Below are positions 44,559 to 54,763 of a stretch of DNA of 64,000 nucleotides, one piece after another (the stretch's first letter is position 1; each line of letters begins with the position of its first letter). Source of the stretch: Candidatus Pacearchaeota archaeon (GTDB lineage: Archaea; Nanobdellota; Nanobdellia; UBA10117; JAFCGA01); NCBI GenBank assembly GCA_017608345.1, contig JAFCGA010000004.1, positions 57 to 64,056 of the forward strand, in the 5' to 3' direction. The translations under genes were made by a program, and so were the position numbers. Below the pieces are notes generated by a model. The model was given only the letters and a program-made list of their open reading frames with translations. It searched no databases and had not been told where the DNA came from.

Positions 44559-45995
44559 TTAGGAATAAATCCAAGTGTCGTCAGTTCTACCTGCAGCAGT
44601 CTGCCCGCCAAATAATAAAATACTCTCTGTTTCGTCGATTGTAGCCATTGCATGGCTGTACCTTGCAAGAGGATACTTAGGGATACTCTTTCGAGTCCAA
44701 TAATTACGACTATAATCATAGATCCAAGTCTCACTATTACTAGGACCATCCCATCCCCCAAAGAGCATATTTTCATCTGCTCCATCGATTGTAGCCATTG
44801 AATAATCTAATCTTGCACTTGGACTACTTGGGGGGATCATTTGCGTCCATGCATTATCGCTATAGTCATACACCCACGTAAACCCACAAAGATTAGATCC
44901 AGAGCCCTCACAGGGGAAAGTACCAAATCCGCCAAGTAGTAAGATTTTGTCGGTTCCATCGATTGTAGCCATTGCATGTCGCTCTCTCGCAATTGGACTA
45001 CTCGCAGGAGTTATATTTATCCAAAAATTATCGCTATAGTCATAAATCCAAGTTTCATCATCCAACGCACCATCATTTCCACCGAATAATACAAATTTAT
45101 CAGTTTTATATATTGCAGTTAGAGCAGGGTAATTTCTTGCACTCGGACTACTCGCGGGATTCATTTGTGTCCATGCATTATCGCTATAGTCATAAATCCA
45201 AGTCTCATTATTCCGCGTGCCATTATAACCACCAAATAATAATACTTTATCTGTATTATATAACTTAGAACTTGCGAATTGGTCTCGTGCAGTAGGATGA
45301 ACTGCTGGATTCATATTTATCCAATTATTATCACTTACATCAAATACCCACGTTCCACTGCAGAAGCTACTTAATGAACCATCACAATTACCGCTTCCAT
45401 CCCATCCCCCAAATAGAACGACTTTATGGATTCCACTTATCGTCGCCATTGAGTGGCGTATTCTGGCACTAGGCTTATTCGGTGGATTCAGTTGTACCCA
45501 TTGATTACTTTTCGTATCTGCTACAAACGAAGTATATACTCTATCTGAACCTAATGAGAAGTAAGCATTATATTGCATTCCTCGCCTTAAATCCTGACAA
45601 GCAGACCCATCAAAATCAATAGTTATAGATTTTACTGCACCCACACCAAGGTCAAAGGGGCATTCCGCGCAATAAGTAGAATTAAAACCAAGCGTGCAAG
45701 AATGCACATCGCTAGCAATTGTAAGCAAATCTCCGATATCTCCGATTCCTTTGAGCTCTCTAGTACCAATATTTTGAATAACTAGCTGAATATTTGTAAG
45801 AGTTGAACTATGTTTTAGACTTTTTACTTCAATTTCTCCACTGACGTCAGATAGTGTCTCTATTTGAGATCGCTCTGCTCCTGCTTGAACTTCTCCCTGA
45901 ATCTTTATACTCCAATAATAAGTCGAGGCGGCTACTACAATTACTATCATTATTACTAAAACCATCGCAAGAATTATACTTACACCCCGCTTCAT
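44559..45995 (-). CDS. Pilin-like N-terminus fused to a Kelch beta-propeller (paralogue 2)
   Basis: 'MKRG/VSIILAMVLVIMIV'; six Kelch repeats. Confidence 0.85.
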   Translation of the reverse strand: MKRGVSIILAMVLVIMIVIVVAASTYYWSIKIQGEVQAGAERSQIETLSDVSGEIEVKSLKHSSTLTNIQLVIQNIGTRELKGIGDIGDLLTIASDVHSCTLGFNSTYCAECPFDLGVGAVKSITIDFDGSACQDLRRGMQYNAYFSLGSDRVYTSFVADTKSNQWVQLNPPNKPSARIRHSMATISGIHKVVLFGGWDGSGNCDGSLSSFCSGTWVFDVSDNNWINMNPAVHPTARDQFASSKLYNTDKVLLFGGYNGTRNNETWIYDYSDNAWTQMNPASSPSARNYPALTAIYKTDKFVLFGGNDGALDDETWIYDYSDNFWINITPASSPIARERHAMATIDGTDKILLLGGFGTFPCEGSGSNLCGFTWVYDYSDNAWTQMIPPSSPSARLDYSMATIDGADENMLFGGWDGPSNSETWIYDYSRNYWTRKSIPKYPLARYSHAMATIDETESILLFGGQTAAGRTDDTWIYS

Positions 45996-46042
45996 AATTT
46001 AGTTAGGTTCTAGAATTATTTAAGAGTTGCTCTTCACCGATA

Positions 46043-47473
46043 TCAAACATAGATCCAAGTTTCATCACTCTTATTCCCAGTATATCCGCCGAAGAGTAGA
46101 ACTTTATCTGTTCCATCAATAGAAGTCATAGCATGAAGTTCTCTATCTTTTGGTTTGTCTCTCGGAACCTTTAGACTCCAGGTAGAACCACTATAATCAT
46201 ATAGCCAGGTCTCATCATCTCGAGTATTTCCAGAAAGTCCACTGAAAAGTAAGATTTTGTCTGTTCCGTCGATTGTAGCCATTGCATGATTTTGTCTACC
46301 TCTCGGCCGGATAGCTGTATTGACTTGAGTCCATGTATTGTCACTTAAATCATATACCCACGTTTCATCTAAATATCCGGAAGCAGGACCATTTCCGCCA
46401 AATAAGAGTATTTTATCTGTTCCGTCGATTGTGGCCATTGCATGGGCTTGTCTAGCACTTGGGCTAATTGCGGGAGTTACATTATACCAATTATTATCTG
46501 TATAATTATAAACCCAAGTCTCATCATTCTCAGTAAACCCTGGGTTCTGTCCGCCGAAGAGCAATATTTTATCTGTTCCGTCGATTGTGGCCATTGCATG
46601 GTAATCTCGTATACTTGGACTGCTTGCTGGAATCATTAAATTCCACGTATTAGCACTTAAATCATATAACCAGGTACCGTTGCAGTAAGAATTACCAGAT
46701 CCATCACAGTTTCCGCTTCCATCGAATCCGCCGAAGAGCAATATTTTATCTATCCCGTCAATTGTAGCTATCGAATGACCATACCGAAGACTAGGAGCTA
46801 CTAAGAGTGATAGATTTGTCCAGTTATTTTCACTGTGATCATATATCCACGTCTCATTAACGTAAGACGCACCAGGATTACCACCAAATAAAAGAACTTT
46901 ATCTGTTCCATCTATTGCAGCCATTTTATGTGTATATCTTCCCGTAGGACTATTGCGCGGAGTCATTAAAGTCCAGGAATCATAAATAGCAACCGGAACA
47001 AACGAGGTTTTAGCACTACTATCAGATAAAGCAAAGTATGCACTATACTCAAATCCTTCCCGTAAATTAGAACAGTCAGAACCAATAAAATCTAAGCTTA
47101 GTTTTCTAATCTCTCCAACTTCTAAATCAAACGGACAACTATCACAAGCTGAGGAATCAAAAGAAATATCACAAGAGAATCCTGGCTTAGAAATAACAAT
47201 TGTATCTCCAACAGAGCCGATCCGCTCTATTAATCTACTCCCTGAATTTTCCATGACTATTCTAGCAGTATCAGTATTAACATTATACTGAATATCAACG
47301 ATACTTAGCTCTCCAGTCACCTGCCTTCTTATCCCCGCTTGAGCCTCACTGCTACCCGCATACATCTGCCCCTGAATCTTCATTATCCAATAAAACGCTG
47401 ACGCCGCAATTGCTAGCGTCATCATTATGATAAGAACTAAAGAAATAACCATACTAACTCCGCGTTTATTCAT
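46043..47473 (-). CDS. Pilin-like N-terminus fused to a Kelch beta-propeller (paralogue 1)
   Basis: 'MNKRG/VSMVISLVLIIMMTL'; repeats 'HAMATIDGTDKILLFGG'. Confidence 0.85.
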   Translation of the reverse strand: MNKRGVSMVISLVLIIMMTLAIAASAFYWIMKIQGQMYAGSSEAQAGIRRQVTGELSIVDIQYNVNTDTARIVMENSGSRLIERIGSVGDTIVISKPGFSCDISFDSSACDSCPFDLEVGEIRKLSLDFIGSDCSNLREGFEYSAYFALSDSSAKTSFVPVAIYDSWTLMTPRNSPTGRYTHKMAAIDGTDKVLLFGGNPGASYVNETWIYDHSENNWTNLSLLVAPSLRYGHSIATIDGIDKILLFGGFDGSGNCDGSGNSYCNGTWLYDLSANTWNLMIPASSPSIRDYHAMATIDGTDKILLFGGQNPGFTENDETWVYNYTDNNWYNVTPAISPSARQAHAMATIDGTDKILLFGGNGPASGYLDETWVYDLSDNTWTQVNTAIRPRGRQNHAMATIDGTDKILLFSGLSGNTRDDETWLYDYSGSTWSLKVPRDKPKDRELHAMTSIDGTDKVLLFGGYTGNKSDETWIYV

Positions 47474-47519
47474 ACTATCCTTTCACCACAGAAATATATA
47501 AGATTTTGCTTAGAATAGT

Positions 47520-47628
47520 TCTGAAGCGGAGCCGAGCGGAGCTCGGACCAGAAGCTAGCGCTTCTGGTCTTCAGCTAAAATTTTCTTTGGGAGTCCTAGA
47601 ACCTTTCTTAACAAGAAAGGGTCTAGAG
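47520..47628. repeat. Multi-hairpin intergenic palindromic element
   Basis: Nested inverted repeats: CCGAGC/GCTCGG, GACCAGAAGC/GCTTCTGGTC, CTAGA.CCTTTCTT/AAGAAAGG.TCTAG. Confidence 0.6.
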
Positions 47629-47665
47629 CGAAACCTTTTTTAGCATTAGCACTAAACTAACAGCT

Positions 47666-48319
47666 ATGAGGAAGAAAGACAGCAAAAAGACAACTAAACT
47701 TATGGGAATATTTATTGTCGTAATCATGGCTGGCTCGATATTAGGAGTAATTGTATATAATTTAGGCGAAGATAAAGAAGAAAAATTACCAGATAATGCT
47801 TTCAAATACGAAGGCTACACATTTCATGAAACTTCTGATGGTTTCTTCGGAACTTTTGCGATGATTAATGGAAAAGAAACTCCGGTGTTATTCAGAGCAG
47901 ATCCTAGAAATTTATCAGACATATATGTAACCCCTGATGCAGTTAAACGACTTCTAGACTCAAAAAAAGCTTACGTATCATTTAATCCAAATCAAGAAGA
48001 TCTAAGCAAAGTTGGAATTGCTGCATTTCAGATATCTAGATTACTAAATACACTCGGAATTCCTACTACTGGCGCATATTCTGAAGATGCTGATCCAGTT
48101 GATGAAAATGTGCCGATTCGCAGGTGTAAAGATTCGCTGGAGCAGAGACCGGTTATTATGCTAGAAATCGGAGAAGAAACTAGAATAACTTCTGGTGATT
48201 GTATCTACGTCAGAGGTAAAGATTATGCTGAATTAATTCTAGCTGCTGACAAACTCGGAATGCACTTGGTCGGAATCAAGATCGGAGAAGAAAATAAAAC
48301 ATTACAGATACAAATTTAA
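47666..48319 (+). CDS. Membrane-anchored hypothetical protein
   Basis: N-terminal TM helix 'LMGIFIVVIMAGSILGVIVY'; soluble domain with a Cys pair. Confidence 0.7.
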   Translation: MRKKDSKKTTKLMGIFIVVIMAGSILGVIVYNLGEDKEEKLPDNAFKYEGYTFHETSDGFFGTFAMINGKETPVLFRADPRNLSDIYVTPDAVKRLLDSKKAYVSFNPNQEDLSKVGIAAFQISRLLNTLGIPTTGAYSEDADPVDENVPIRRCKDSLEQRPVIMLEIGEETRITSGDCIYVRGKDYAELILAADKLGMHLVGIKIGEENKTLQIQI

Positions 48320-48360
48320 TATACATAATATTTTAAATAACGCTAGCGTTATCAAATTCT

Positions 48361-49596
48361 ATGCTTAGGGAATTATTAATTTACATTGCTTCTTACATTG
48401 GATTATTTACTGCAATTTTTTATGTGCTTGGATTACGGCGGCGAAGAGAAAAAAAGATACCGAAATTTCCAGAGCATAACCCTCCAAAAGTGTCTATAAT
48501 TATTCCGGCGTATAACGAAGAAAAAGGAATTGCGGCGACTATAAAATCTGCGTTAAGCGCAGATTATCCGCGAGATAAATTTGAGATAATTGTAGTAGAT
48601 GATGGAAGTACAGATAATACTTACAAAATAGCTGAGAAGTTTAAGAGCAAGCTTGTTCGATTATTTCACAAAGAAAATGGTGGCAAGGGTTCTGCATTGA
48701 ACCTTGGAATAAGCAAATCCAATGGCGAATTCATTTTCACAATGGATGCGGACAGTATCATCAAACCAAATTCAGTAAAAAATCAAATTGCCTATTTCGA
48801 TAAACCTAAGGTAATGTCTGTCGCTCCAATTATTGCAATTTATAAGCCGCGCAATATCCTCGAGAGAGTTCAGCAGATAGAGTATCTATTGGGCGTTTTC
48901 TTAAGAGAAGCGTTTGCTAGTCTTAATGCAATACACGTAACGCCCGGTGCATTTTCATCATATCGGAGATCATTTTTTGATAAATATGGTGGATTTAAGG
49001 AGAATGAACTTGTTGAGGATCTTGAGATGGCGCTGAGAATACAAGCAAAAGGGTATATAATTGAAAATTGTATGACGGCGATAGTGTATACCCATCCTCC
49101 GAGAAAATTTAGGGAACTTGCAATACAACGACGGCGTTGGTTTGTGGGTCTGCTACGAAATATCGCAAAGTATAAGGAGCTTTTCTCCAGAAAAACTGCG
49201 CTAGGAGCAATTGTCTTACCAATCGCCGTTGCTGCAATAATTATATCTTTAGCACTTACAAGTGTCGCAGTGGTCAGAGCATTAATTAACCTTAGAAAAG
49301 AATTGCTAATGTTAAACAGCATTAATTTTAATTTTCTAAGTCTGATAGATTTTAATAAATACTCAGTTGGTCTATTTCTATTTAGCTTTTTCAGCAGTCC
49401 GATTACAATACTCGCAATAGTATTTGTTATTATTGTCATCGGATACCTATACTTTGCTAAAAGCAAGGTTAAAGAACACTCCCAAATCGCGATAAGTCTC
49501 CCATTGTTCTTAGTACTCTATTCATTTCTGTTCGCATTTTGGTGGGTTGTTGCCTTTTTGTACTCCTTCCTAGATAAAACTGTTTCCTGGAGATAG
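48361..49596 (+). CDS. Processive GT2 glycosyltransferase (PgaC/cellulose-synthase-like)
   Basis: 'IIIPAYNEE', 'VVDDGSTD', 'GKGSALN', 'MDADS', 'VEDLE', 'QRRRW' and several TM helices. Confidence 0.92.
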   Translation: MLRELLIYIASYIGLFTAIFYVLGLRRRREKKIPKFPEHNPPKVSIIIPAYNEEKGIAATIKSALSADYPRDKFEIIVVDDGSTDNTYKIAEKFKSKLVRLFHKENGGKGSALNLGISKSNGEFIFTMDADSIIKPNSVKNQIAYFDKPKVMSVAPIIAIYKPRNILERVQQIEYLLGVFLREAFASLNAIHVTPGAFSSYRRSFFDKYGGFKENELVEDLEMALRIQAKGYIIENCMTAIVYTHPPRKFRELAIQRRRWFVGLLRNIAKYKELFSRKTALGAIVLPIAVAAIIISLALTSVAVVRALINLRKELLMLNSINFNFLSLIDFNKYSVGLFLFSFFSSPITILAIVFVIIVIGYLYFAKSKVKEHSQIAISLPLFLVLYSFLFAFWWVVAFLYSFLDKTVSWR

Positions 49597-49726
49597 AACA
49601 AGTTGTCAAGGACCACTAGTCAGTAGATCAATAGTATTCCCAACATATAAAAATAGCGGCTGCTCATTAAAATTATAACCAAAAATCCATGCATCTCACT
49701 AAGTTAAAGGATACCAACGATTTACA

Positions 49727-50410
49727 ATGAAGAAAAAAACCGAAGCAAATCAAGAGGATAAAGACGTAAAAGTACCTTATCTTAGAAAGATGGTTCTCGC
49801 ATTTGTTTTAGCCACAATAATCTTAGTTGGAGTTTTTTTCGCGGGATATAGTATGTCTCACTATAAATACCGTGAGGTTACTCAATCCCAGGAAGGGTTA
49901 AGATACAGCCTACTTAGCTTTGAAATAGAAAGAGAGCTTGCGGAAGACAGCTGTGAAGCGTTTGATCCGTATTTATTTACTGAAGAGATGGATAATATGG
50001 GGAGCGTTATAGGGATACTGGAAAACCGGTTGGGGAAAAGAAATCAAGCAATACTAAATCAGAAGCGGACTTATTCTCTGCTAGAAGCACGCCATCTTAT
50101 TTACGTGAGAGACCACAATAACCGCTGCGATAATAAAGTTCCAATAATTATCTTCTTTTATTCAAATATCAAACCGTATCAAGAAGAAAGTGAACGACTT
50201 GGATTTATGCTATCAACTTTAAAGAAAAGTGAGAACGTAATGATATATTCTTTTGACTCGGATTTAGAGGCTAGCTTTCTCTCGATATTAAAGAAAAAGT
50301 ACGGAGTAGAAGAGCCAAATACGCTAATTGTAAATAAAAAACTGCTAACTTCTCCTCCAAAGAATATTGACGAGCTAAAAGCAATTCTCGCGGATAATCA
50401 GATCCAATGA
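49727..50410 (+). CDS. Membrane-anchored hypothetical protein with a possible thioredoxin-like C-terminal fold
   Basis: N-terminal TM helix; C-terminal 'IIIFFYS...YSFDSD...KYGVEEPNTLIVN'. Confidence 0.6.
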   Translation: MKKKTEANQEDKDVKVPYLRKMVLAFVLATIILVGVFFAGYSMSHYKYREVTQSQEGLRYSLLSFEIERELAEDSCEAFDPYLFTEEMDNMGSVIGILENRLGKRNQAILNQKRTYSLLEARHLIYVRDHNNRCDNKVPIIIFFYSNIKPYQEESERLGFMLSTLKKSENVMIYSFDSDLEASFLSILKKKYGVEEPNTLIVNKKLLTSPPKNIDELKAILADNQIQ

Positions 50411-51267
50411 ATTAGTCCAGTTATTAATATAAATACAAATAGTGCTACTTGAATTAGACTATGAAATTTCTTTAACCGGCTTTTCTTTAAGAAACTCATT
50501 GTTCTATCGAAGAATATTCCTGATAATCCAGCAAGAGAGATAAATAAATAAAACAACCCTATTCGAGTTGGAAGAATATTAATAGATAATAAAAAGAACA
50601 TAACTCCGGCTGAACTAACGAATATTAGGGATTGACTAATATTATTTTTAATTCCATAGTATGCTCCGGCTACTCCGAAGAGTATTGGTCGGGTACCAAC
50701 CAATGTGAATAAAGTGGCAATGCTCACATATGTGCTAGTATTCTTGCTGGGCATTCCGAATAGAGACATACCGAGAATTAAACTTGCAAGTATGCTAAAT
50801 ATTAAAAATCTAACTTCCCGCTTTTCCAGTACATCATGTTCTAATGCTAGCAAAACAATATATATGGTAAAAATTGGTACGAGAATTATTGAAGAAAAGT
50901 GAATTATAGCTGCCAGAATCGGTAGTGGATAGATTAACAGCCTGTTTATTTTATTGCTCTTTTTCCTAAGAGATACTGCTGCAGCTAGCGTAAGAAAAAA
51001 GAATATTGCTGAGATTGCCCAGAGATAGCTATCAAATTCTAAGGGCATGACTGCGGCTATAGCTAAAGCAAATAGAGCTGAATATTTATCAGTAGTTAGT
51101 TTTCTAAAAACAAAATAAGCGATTAGTAGAACAATAATTGTGAGTGTTGAAAGGATTATCGAGTGCAAACTAAGGAAATTAGTAAAATAATTCTTAGCTA
51201 TTCGAATTGAAAGCGCAAGAGCCAAGATTAGCGCAACAGGGATTATTTGCTTCTTATCAAATCTCAT
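50398..51267 (-). CDS. Polytopic membrane protein
   Basis: 289 aa, about nine hydrophobic segments. Confidence 0.7.
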   Translation of the reverse strand: MRFDKKQIIPVALILALALSIRIAKNYFTNFLSLHSIILSTLTIIVLLIAYFVFRKLTTDKYSALFALAIAAVMPLEFDSYLWAISAIFFFLTLAAAVSLRKKSNKINRLLIYPLPILAAIIHFSSIILVPIFTIYIVLLALEHDVLEKREVRFLIFSILASLILGMSLFGMPSKNTSTYVSIATLFTLVGTRPILFGVAGAYYGIKNNISQSLIFVSSAGVMFFLLSINILPTRIGLFYLFISLAGLSGIFFDRTMSFLKKSRLKKFHSLIQVALFVFILITGLIHWI

Positions 51268-52414
51268 TTTTGAATAACGCCATTAATACAACAGTTGCAT
51301 AACTACCCTTGCCAAGATCGAATTTAAGTTTTATGGAAAAATCAAGTTTCTCGTTTTTTGTTACATTGCTTTTGTCCAGAAGCTCTAGCTGCAGTTTACT
51401 GATTTTGATGAACGGCTCTCTTATAGCGCCTTCGGAAGCTAGCTTCGGCATTCGTTTTACTCGGAAATCATCGGAGGATAGCTTATCCTTTTTGAGCAGC
51501 TCGCTTAAGTTCTGAGAGAAAATATCCTTTCGTATTCGCATTTTAGTTCCGGGAATTATGAATTTCGAGTCGGAAGTATCTACTTTCTGCCTCGGGAAAG
51601 CTAGCTTTGTGTTTAGGAATTTTATCTTATCGCATTTTGTTTTGCTCTCGAGATATTTGGAAAGAGCGATATTAAATATCCAAGACTGATAAGCATGAAT
51701 AAATAAACGGCGGATAGGTTTGGGCGTTGTTCGCAATGCTCCGGCAAAGTCAGTTGGGTTTCTGATTAGCCAATTTAAAACTGATTTCTCTAAACCAAGG
51801 AAGTCCGGGCAGTGCTTAATAATTTCTTTCCATGAGCCCCAGTTCTTTTTAGCAAAGTTTGAATATTTCTTTGATAATTCGTTATCTGCTGTTCCAGTAA
51901 GAAACTCCTTTGCAGCGCCTTCTAGCTCGCCTTTCAAGAGGTGCTTACCGATTAGATGTGTATTCTGCGACGTGCTAAATCTTTGGGGACCGAAATAATC
52001 AGGAATGCAATCCTTGAGTTTTACTCTTTCTTTTGCAAGATCAACTTCGCGCTTCGTAAGACCCCTTACTACGATATCGAATTTATTGCCTTTGTGGTAT
52101 CCTAAGCAAATTCGCTCTTCGTCCTTGCCAATAATTTTGATATTTATATCCTTAAGCTCGATTCGCTCCAACTGTTGTGGCTCTATTTTCCAAGCAGAAA
52201 TCACCTGTTTTGTCTGAGCATATTTATCTTTGTTCCCAGAAAATCCAAATCTTGTTCTCGAGACTCTTAGATTTCTAGCAATCTGCATGAGGGCTCTAGT
52301 TGTTGTATAGTTTGTTTTTTCTAGCCAAAACCACGTGTAATCCCCTTTCCCAGATGGCTTTCTAAGGGGGAGTTCTTCTACGAGGAAGTCTTCAGGAGAT
52401 TGTTTTATTTTCAT
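51257..52414 (-). CDS. truD: tRNA pseudouridine(13) synthase
   Basis: 'IKQSPEDFLVEE', 'GFSGNKDKYAQTKQ', 'GNKFDIVVR', 'PDYFGPQRF', 'HAYQSWIFN', 'FDLGKGSYAT'. Confidence 0.95.
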   Translation of the reverse strand: MKIKQSPEDFLVEELPLRKPSGKGDYTWFWLEKTNYTTTRALMQIARNLRVSRTRFGFSGNKDKYAQTKQVISAWKIEPQQLERIELKDINIKIIGKDEERICLGYHKGNKFDIVVRGLTKREVDLAKERVKLKDCIPDYFGPQRFSTSQNTHLIGKHLLKGELEGAAKEFLTGTADNELSKKYSNFAKKNWGSWKEIIKHCPDFLGLEKSVLNWLIRNPTDFAGALRTTPKPIRRLFIHAYQSWIFNIALSKYLESKTKCDKIKFLNTKLAFPRQKVDTSDSKFIIPGTKMRIRKDIFSQNLSELLKKDKLSSDDFRVKRMPKLASEGAIREPFIKISKLQLELLDKSNVTKNEKLDFSIKLKFDLGKGSYATVVLMALFKNEI

Positions 52415-53073
52415 CGTTTCTCCATAAATAGATAATTTCCCCTATGCTCTACCTTTCCTGCTGGAAGTTTGATCAGCTTAGCTTCAATTATTTTGAAATA
52501 TGGTTCAAATAATCCTTTTAGCTCTCCTAATGAAGAAAAGTATATTTGAATTCCTGCAGATATCGCCCCACCGATTGGTACTGTCCTAAGTTTCTTGCCA
52601 GTTTCATCTTGCGAAGCTACACTTAATTGAGGAGTGTTATCATTAAAACAGACCGACAAGTACTTCCCACCACTTTTTAAAATTCTGCTAATATCTTTCG
52701 CATATTTCTGCCGCTGTGGCGGCAGAATGTGATGGAGAAGTGCCCATTCGAAAACAAAATCAAACTTTTCAGACAGATTCGATAAATCAGCAATATCCAT
52801 TGATTCAAACTTAGCTTTAGATCTTACCGTTCTCGCGTATTCTTTCGAACGTTGGATTGCAGTCTCAGAAAGGTCAATACCTAGCACATCGAAGCCTTTC
52901 TTAGCTAAGTAAACGGAGTAACGGCCCTCGCCACAACCAACATCAATAACTTTACACGGCTTGATCTTACCTTCTTTAATTAATTTTACGAGTTCAGTAG
53001 GTGGTTTTTGTGAAGTCCATACTGCGCGGGGCTTTTCATACGCTTTCTCAAAAAGTGCTTTATCTTTGTTCAT
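52411..53073 (-). CDS. Class I SAM-dependent methyltransferase
   Basis: 'VIDVGCGEG', 'GIDLS', 'FDFVFE..LLHH', 'LKSGG'. Confidence 0.9.
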   Translation of the reverse strand: MNKDKALFEKAYEKPRAVWTSQKPPTELVKLIKEGKIKPCKVIDVGCGEGRYSVYLAKKGFDVLGIDLSETAIQRSKEYARTVRSKAKFESMDIADLSNLSEKFDFVFEWALLHHILPPQRQKYAKDISRILKSGGKYLSVCFNDNTPQLSVASQDETGKKLRTVPIGGAISAGIQIYFSSLGELKGLFEPYFKIIEAKLIKLPAGKVEHRGNYLFMEKR

Positions 53074-53117
53074 TGTAACTCTTTGATTTGCAGTTCCAAA
53101 AATCCGTAGATTTCTAG

Positions 53118-53582
53118 TTATAGCAGCAAACTAATCAATCCTTCAATAGCTGCCTTAACTCCATACGCGCTTAAAAATACTACGCAACCGGCGATAACTA
53201 CTCCAATTGCTATGATTAACTTAGCTTTACGGGGCTTCATTTTTAGAACTGCGGCTAATATCGAGCCAGTCCAAGCTCCGGTTCCGGGAAATGGGATCGC
53301 TACGAAGAAAAGAAGTGCTAATTCTTCATATATCTCGAATTTTTCTCTGTTTTTTGTGATTAAATTCGCTATTCTCTTGCCGAGAATTCGATGTACTAAG
53401 TTGATAATTCTAGCTTTTCTCAGAAACCAGAAAAGGGGGTAAATAGCAATTATGTTAAATATAATCGCAACAGGTAAGAATATTAGCGGTGAAATTCCCG
53501 TGGCGAGGCCATATATAATAGCGCCACGGTTCTCTGATACTGGCGCCATTGATAGCAGAATAAGAATAAGGTAGTTTAGCAT
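53118..53582 (-). CDS. Small multi-drug export family membrane protein (COG2426-like)
   Basis: 'SMAPVSENRGAI', 'LFFVAIPFPGTGAWTG'. Start placed at ATG 53582 to avoid overlap with the divergent zinc-finger gene. Confidence 0.85.
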   Translation of the reverse strand: MLNYLILILLSMAPVSENRGAIIYGLATGISPLIFLPVAIIFNIIAIYPLFWFLRKARIINLVHRILGKRIANLITKNREKFEIYEELALLFFVAIPFPGTGAWTGSILAAVLKMKPRKAKLIIAIGVVIAGCVVFLSAYGVKAAIEGLISLLL

Positions 53583-53635
53583 GGATCTAGCTTCTGCACA
53601 ACCTTTATAAACTCTTTTTCGAATGCTTACGTAAT

Positions 53636-53803
53636 ATGGTTCAGAAGAAATGCACATCCTGTAATAGACTAATAACTAACGATCGCAGTTCTACTACTTT
53701 TCCGTGTCCCGAATGTGGGAAGGAAGAAATCGTTAGATGCAGCCACTGCAGGAAAAGAGGTGTAGGTTATATTTGCAACAAATGCAAATTTGAAGGTCCT
53801 TAA
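53636..53803 (+). CDS. DUF1610 (HVO_2753-type) double zinc-ribbon protein, not in the ORF track
   Basis: MVQKKCTSCNRLITNDRSSTTFPCPECGKEEIVRCSHCRKRGVGYICNKCKFEGP: four CxxC motifs ending in 'FEGP', at the usual archaeal position upstream of aEF-1beta. Confidence 0.92.
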   Translation: MVQKKCTSCNRLITNDRSSTTFPCPECGKEEIVRCSHCRKRGVGYICNKCKFEGP

Positions 53804-53811
53804 TCAGAAAT

Positions 53812-54087
53812 ATGGCTACGGTACTTGTAAAACTTAAGATTTTCCCAAAAGTTGTAGAAACTGACTTTGATAAGCTAGCTAGCGATTGCTCAGCTAAAAT
53901 CGAGGCGTTCGGCGGCAAGGTTCTGAAAACTGAAAAGGAGCCGATAGCATTCGGAATGAATGCGTTGATAATTTATTTTAGTACGGACGAATCTAAGGGT
54001 GGTACTGATCCACTTGAAGCTCAGCTAGCGGAAATCGAGGAAATAAGTTCAGTCACTGTAGAGGACGTCAGAAGAGCTATCGGATAG
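53812..54087 (+). CDS. ef1b: Translation elongation factor aEF-1beta
   Basis: 'MATVLVKLKIFP', 'EPIAFGMNAL', 'GGTDPLE', 'VEDVRR'. Confidence 0.95.
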   Translation: MATVLVKLKIFPKVVETDFDKLASDCSAKIEAFGGKVLKTEKEPIAFGMNALIIYFSTDESKGGTDPLEAQLAEIEEISSVTVEDVRRAIG

Positions 54088-54198
54088 CCATTTTTCTTTC
54101 CAGAGCGGAACTAGTTCCGCTTGGCCAAGAGAACATTCGTTCTCTCTGGCTTTCCAAAGAAAGAAAACTAGGCGTCCAAAAGAAAGAAAGGATTTTTC
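54088..54198. repeat. Multi-hairpin intergenic repeat (dispersed family)
   Basis: GCGGAACTAGTTCCGC palindrome followed by TTGGCCA (also at about 57984). AAGAAAACTAGGCGTCCAAAAGAAAG is the reverse-complement match of 60035-60066. Confidence 0.7.
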
Positions 54199-54241
54199 TG
54201 ATACGTTAATCATTTAAGTCTAACGATCCATACAACGCAAT

Positions 54242-54589
54242 ATGGGAATCTTTCATCCAGCGAGAATTCTAGAGGTTTACTCTCCGAAAGACGCTAATGT
54301 ACTTAGTGCAGATAGTATTACTCTAGCAACTATTGAGACGTGGGATGGATTCCAATTTACGTTGCCTGCAGAGGCGGAAATTGCTAAAGATATCAAAAAT
54401 GGTGACATTGTACTAATCGATTATACTTCAAAAGCACCGACAGCGCCGATTCCACGCCAGATAATCGTCAAGGTTCTACGCGGAGATAAAGCGAAGAAGA
54501 TTTGGAAACTATATTCTGATTACCACAAAAGAAAGAAATCTGCGCCAAAACACCCGCAACAACAAGCTACTCCGGGATATTTTGGGTAA
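54242..54589 (+). CDS. Conserved-looking hypothetical protein (possible OB-fold)
   Basis: 115 aa, 'HPARILEV...IKNGDIVLIDY'; no firm assignment. Confidence 0.6.
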   Translation: MGIFHPARILEVYSPKDANVLSADSITLATIETWDGFQFTLPAEAEIAKDIKNGDIVLIDYTSKAPTAPIPRQIIVKVLRGDKAKKIWKLYSDYHKRKKSAPKHPQQQATPGYFG

Positions 54590-54599
54590 TCATAACTAA

Positions 54600-54682
54600 A
54601 AGTCTGCTAGAGCAGACCAAAGAAAAACGCACAACGTTTTTCTTGGCCAAGAAAAATCCAAAGGATTTTTCTCTGGTTTTCG
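54600..54682. repeat. Multi-hairpin intergenic repeat (dispersed family)
   Basis: GTCTGCT/AGCAGAC, AAGAAAAACG/CGTTTTTCTT, TTGGCCAA, GAAAAATCC/GGATTTTTC. Confidence 0.6.
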
Positions 54683-54763
54683 GAATTGTATATCGCACGG
54701 AAGAGACGCTGGAACTTGCGATCCACAACAAAACTTATAAGCAACTCTTGAATTATCTATCAC

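Noticed and set aside
48870-49466. 198-aa antisense ORF within the GT2 gene
   Set aside because: It fully overlaps a well-conserved gene and has no motif; shadow ORF.
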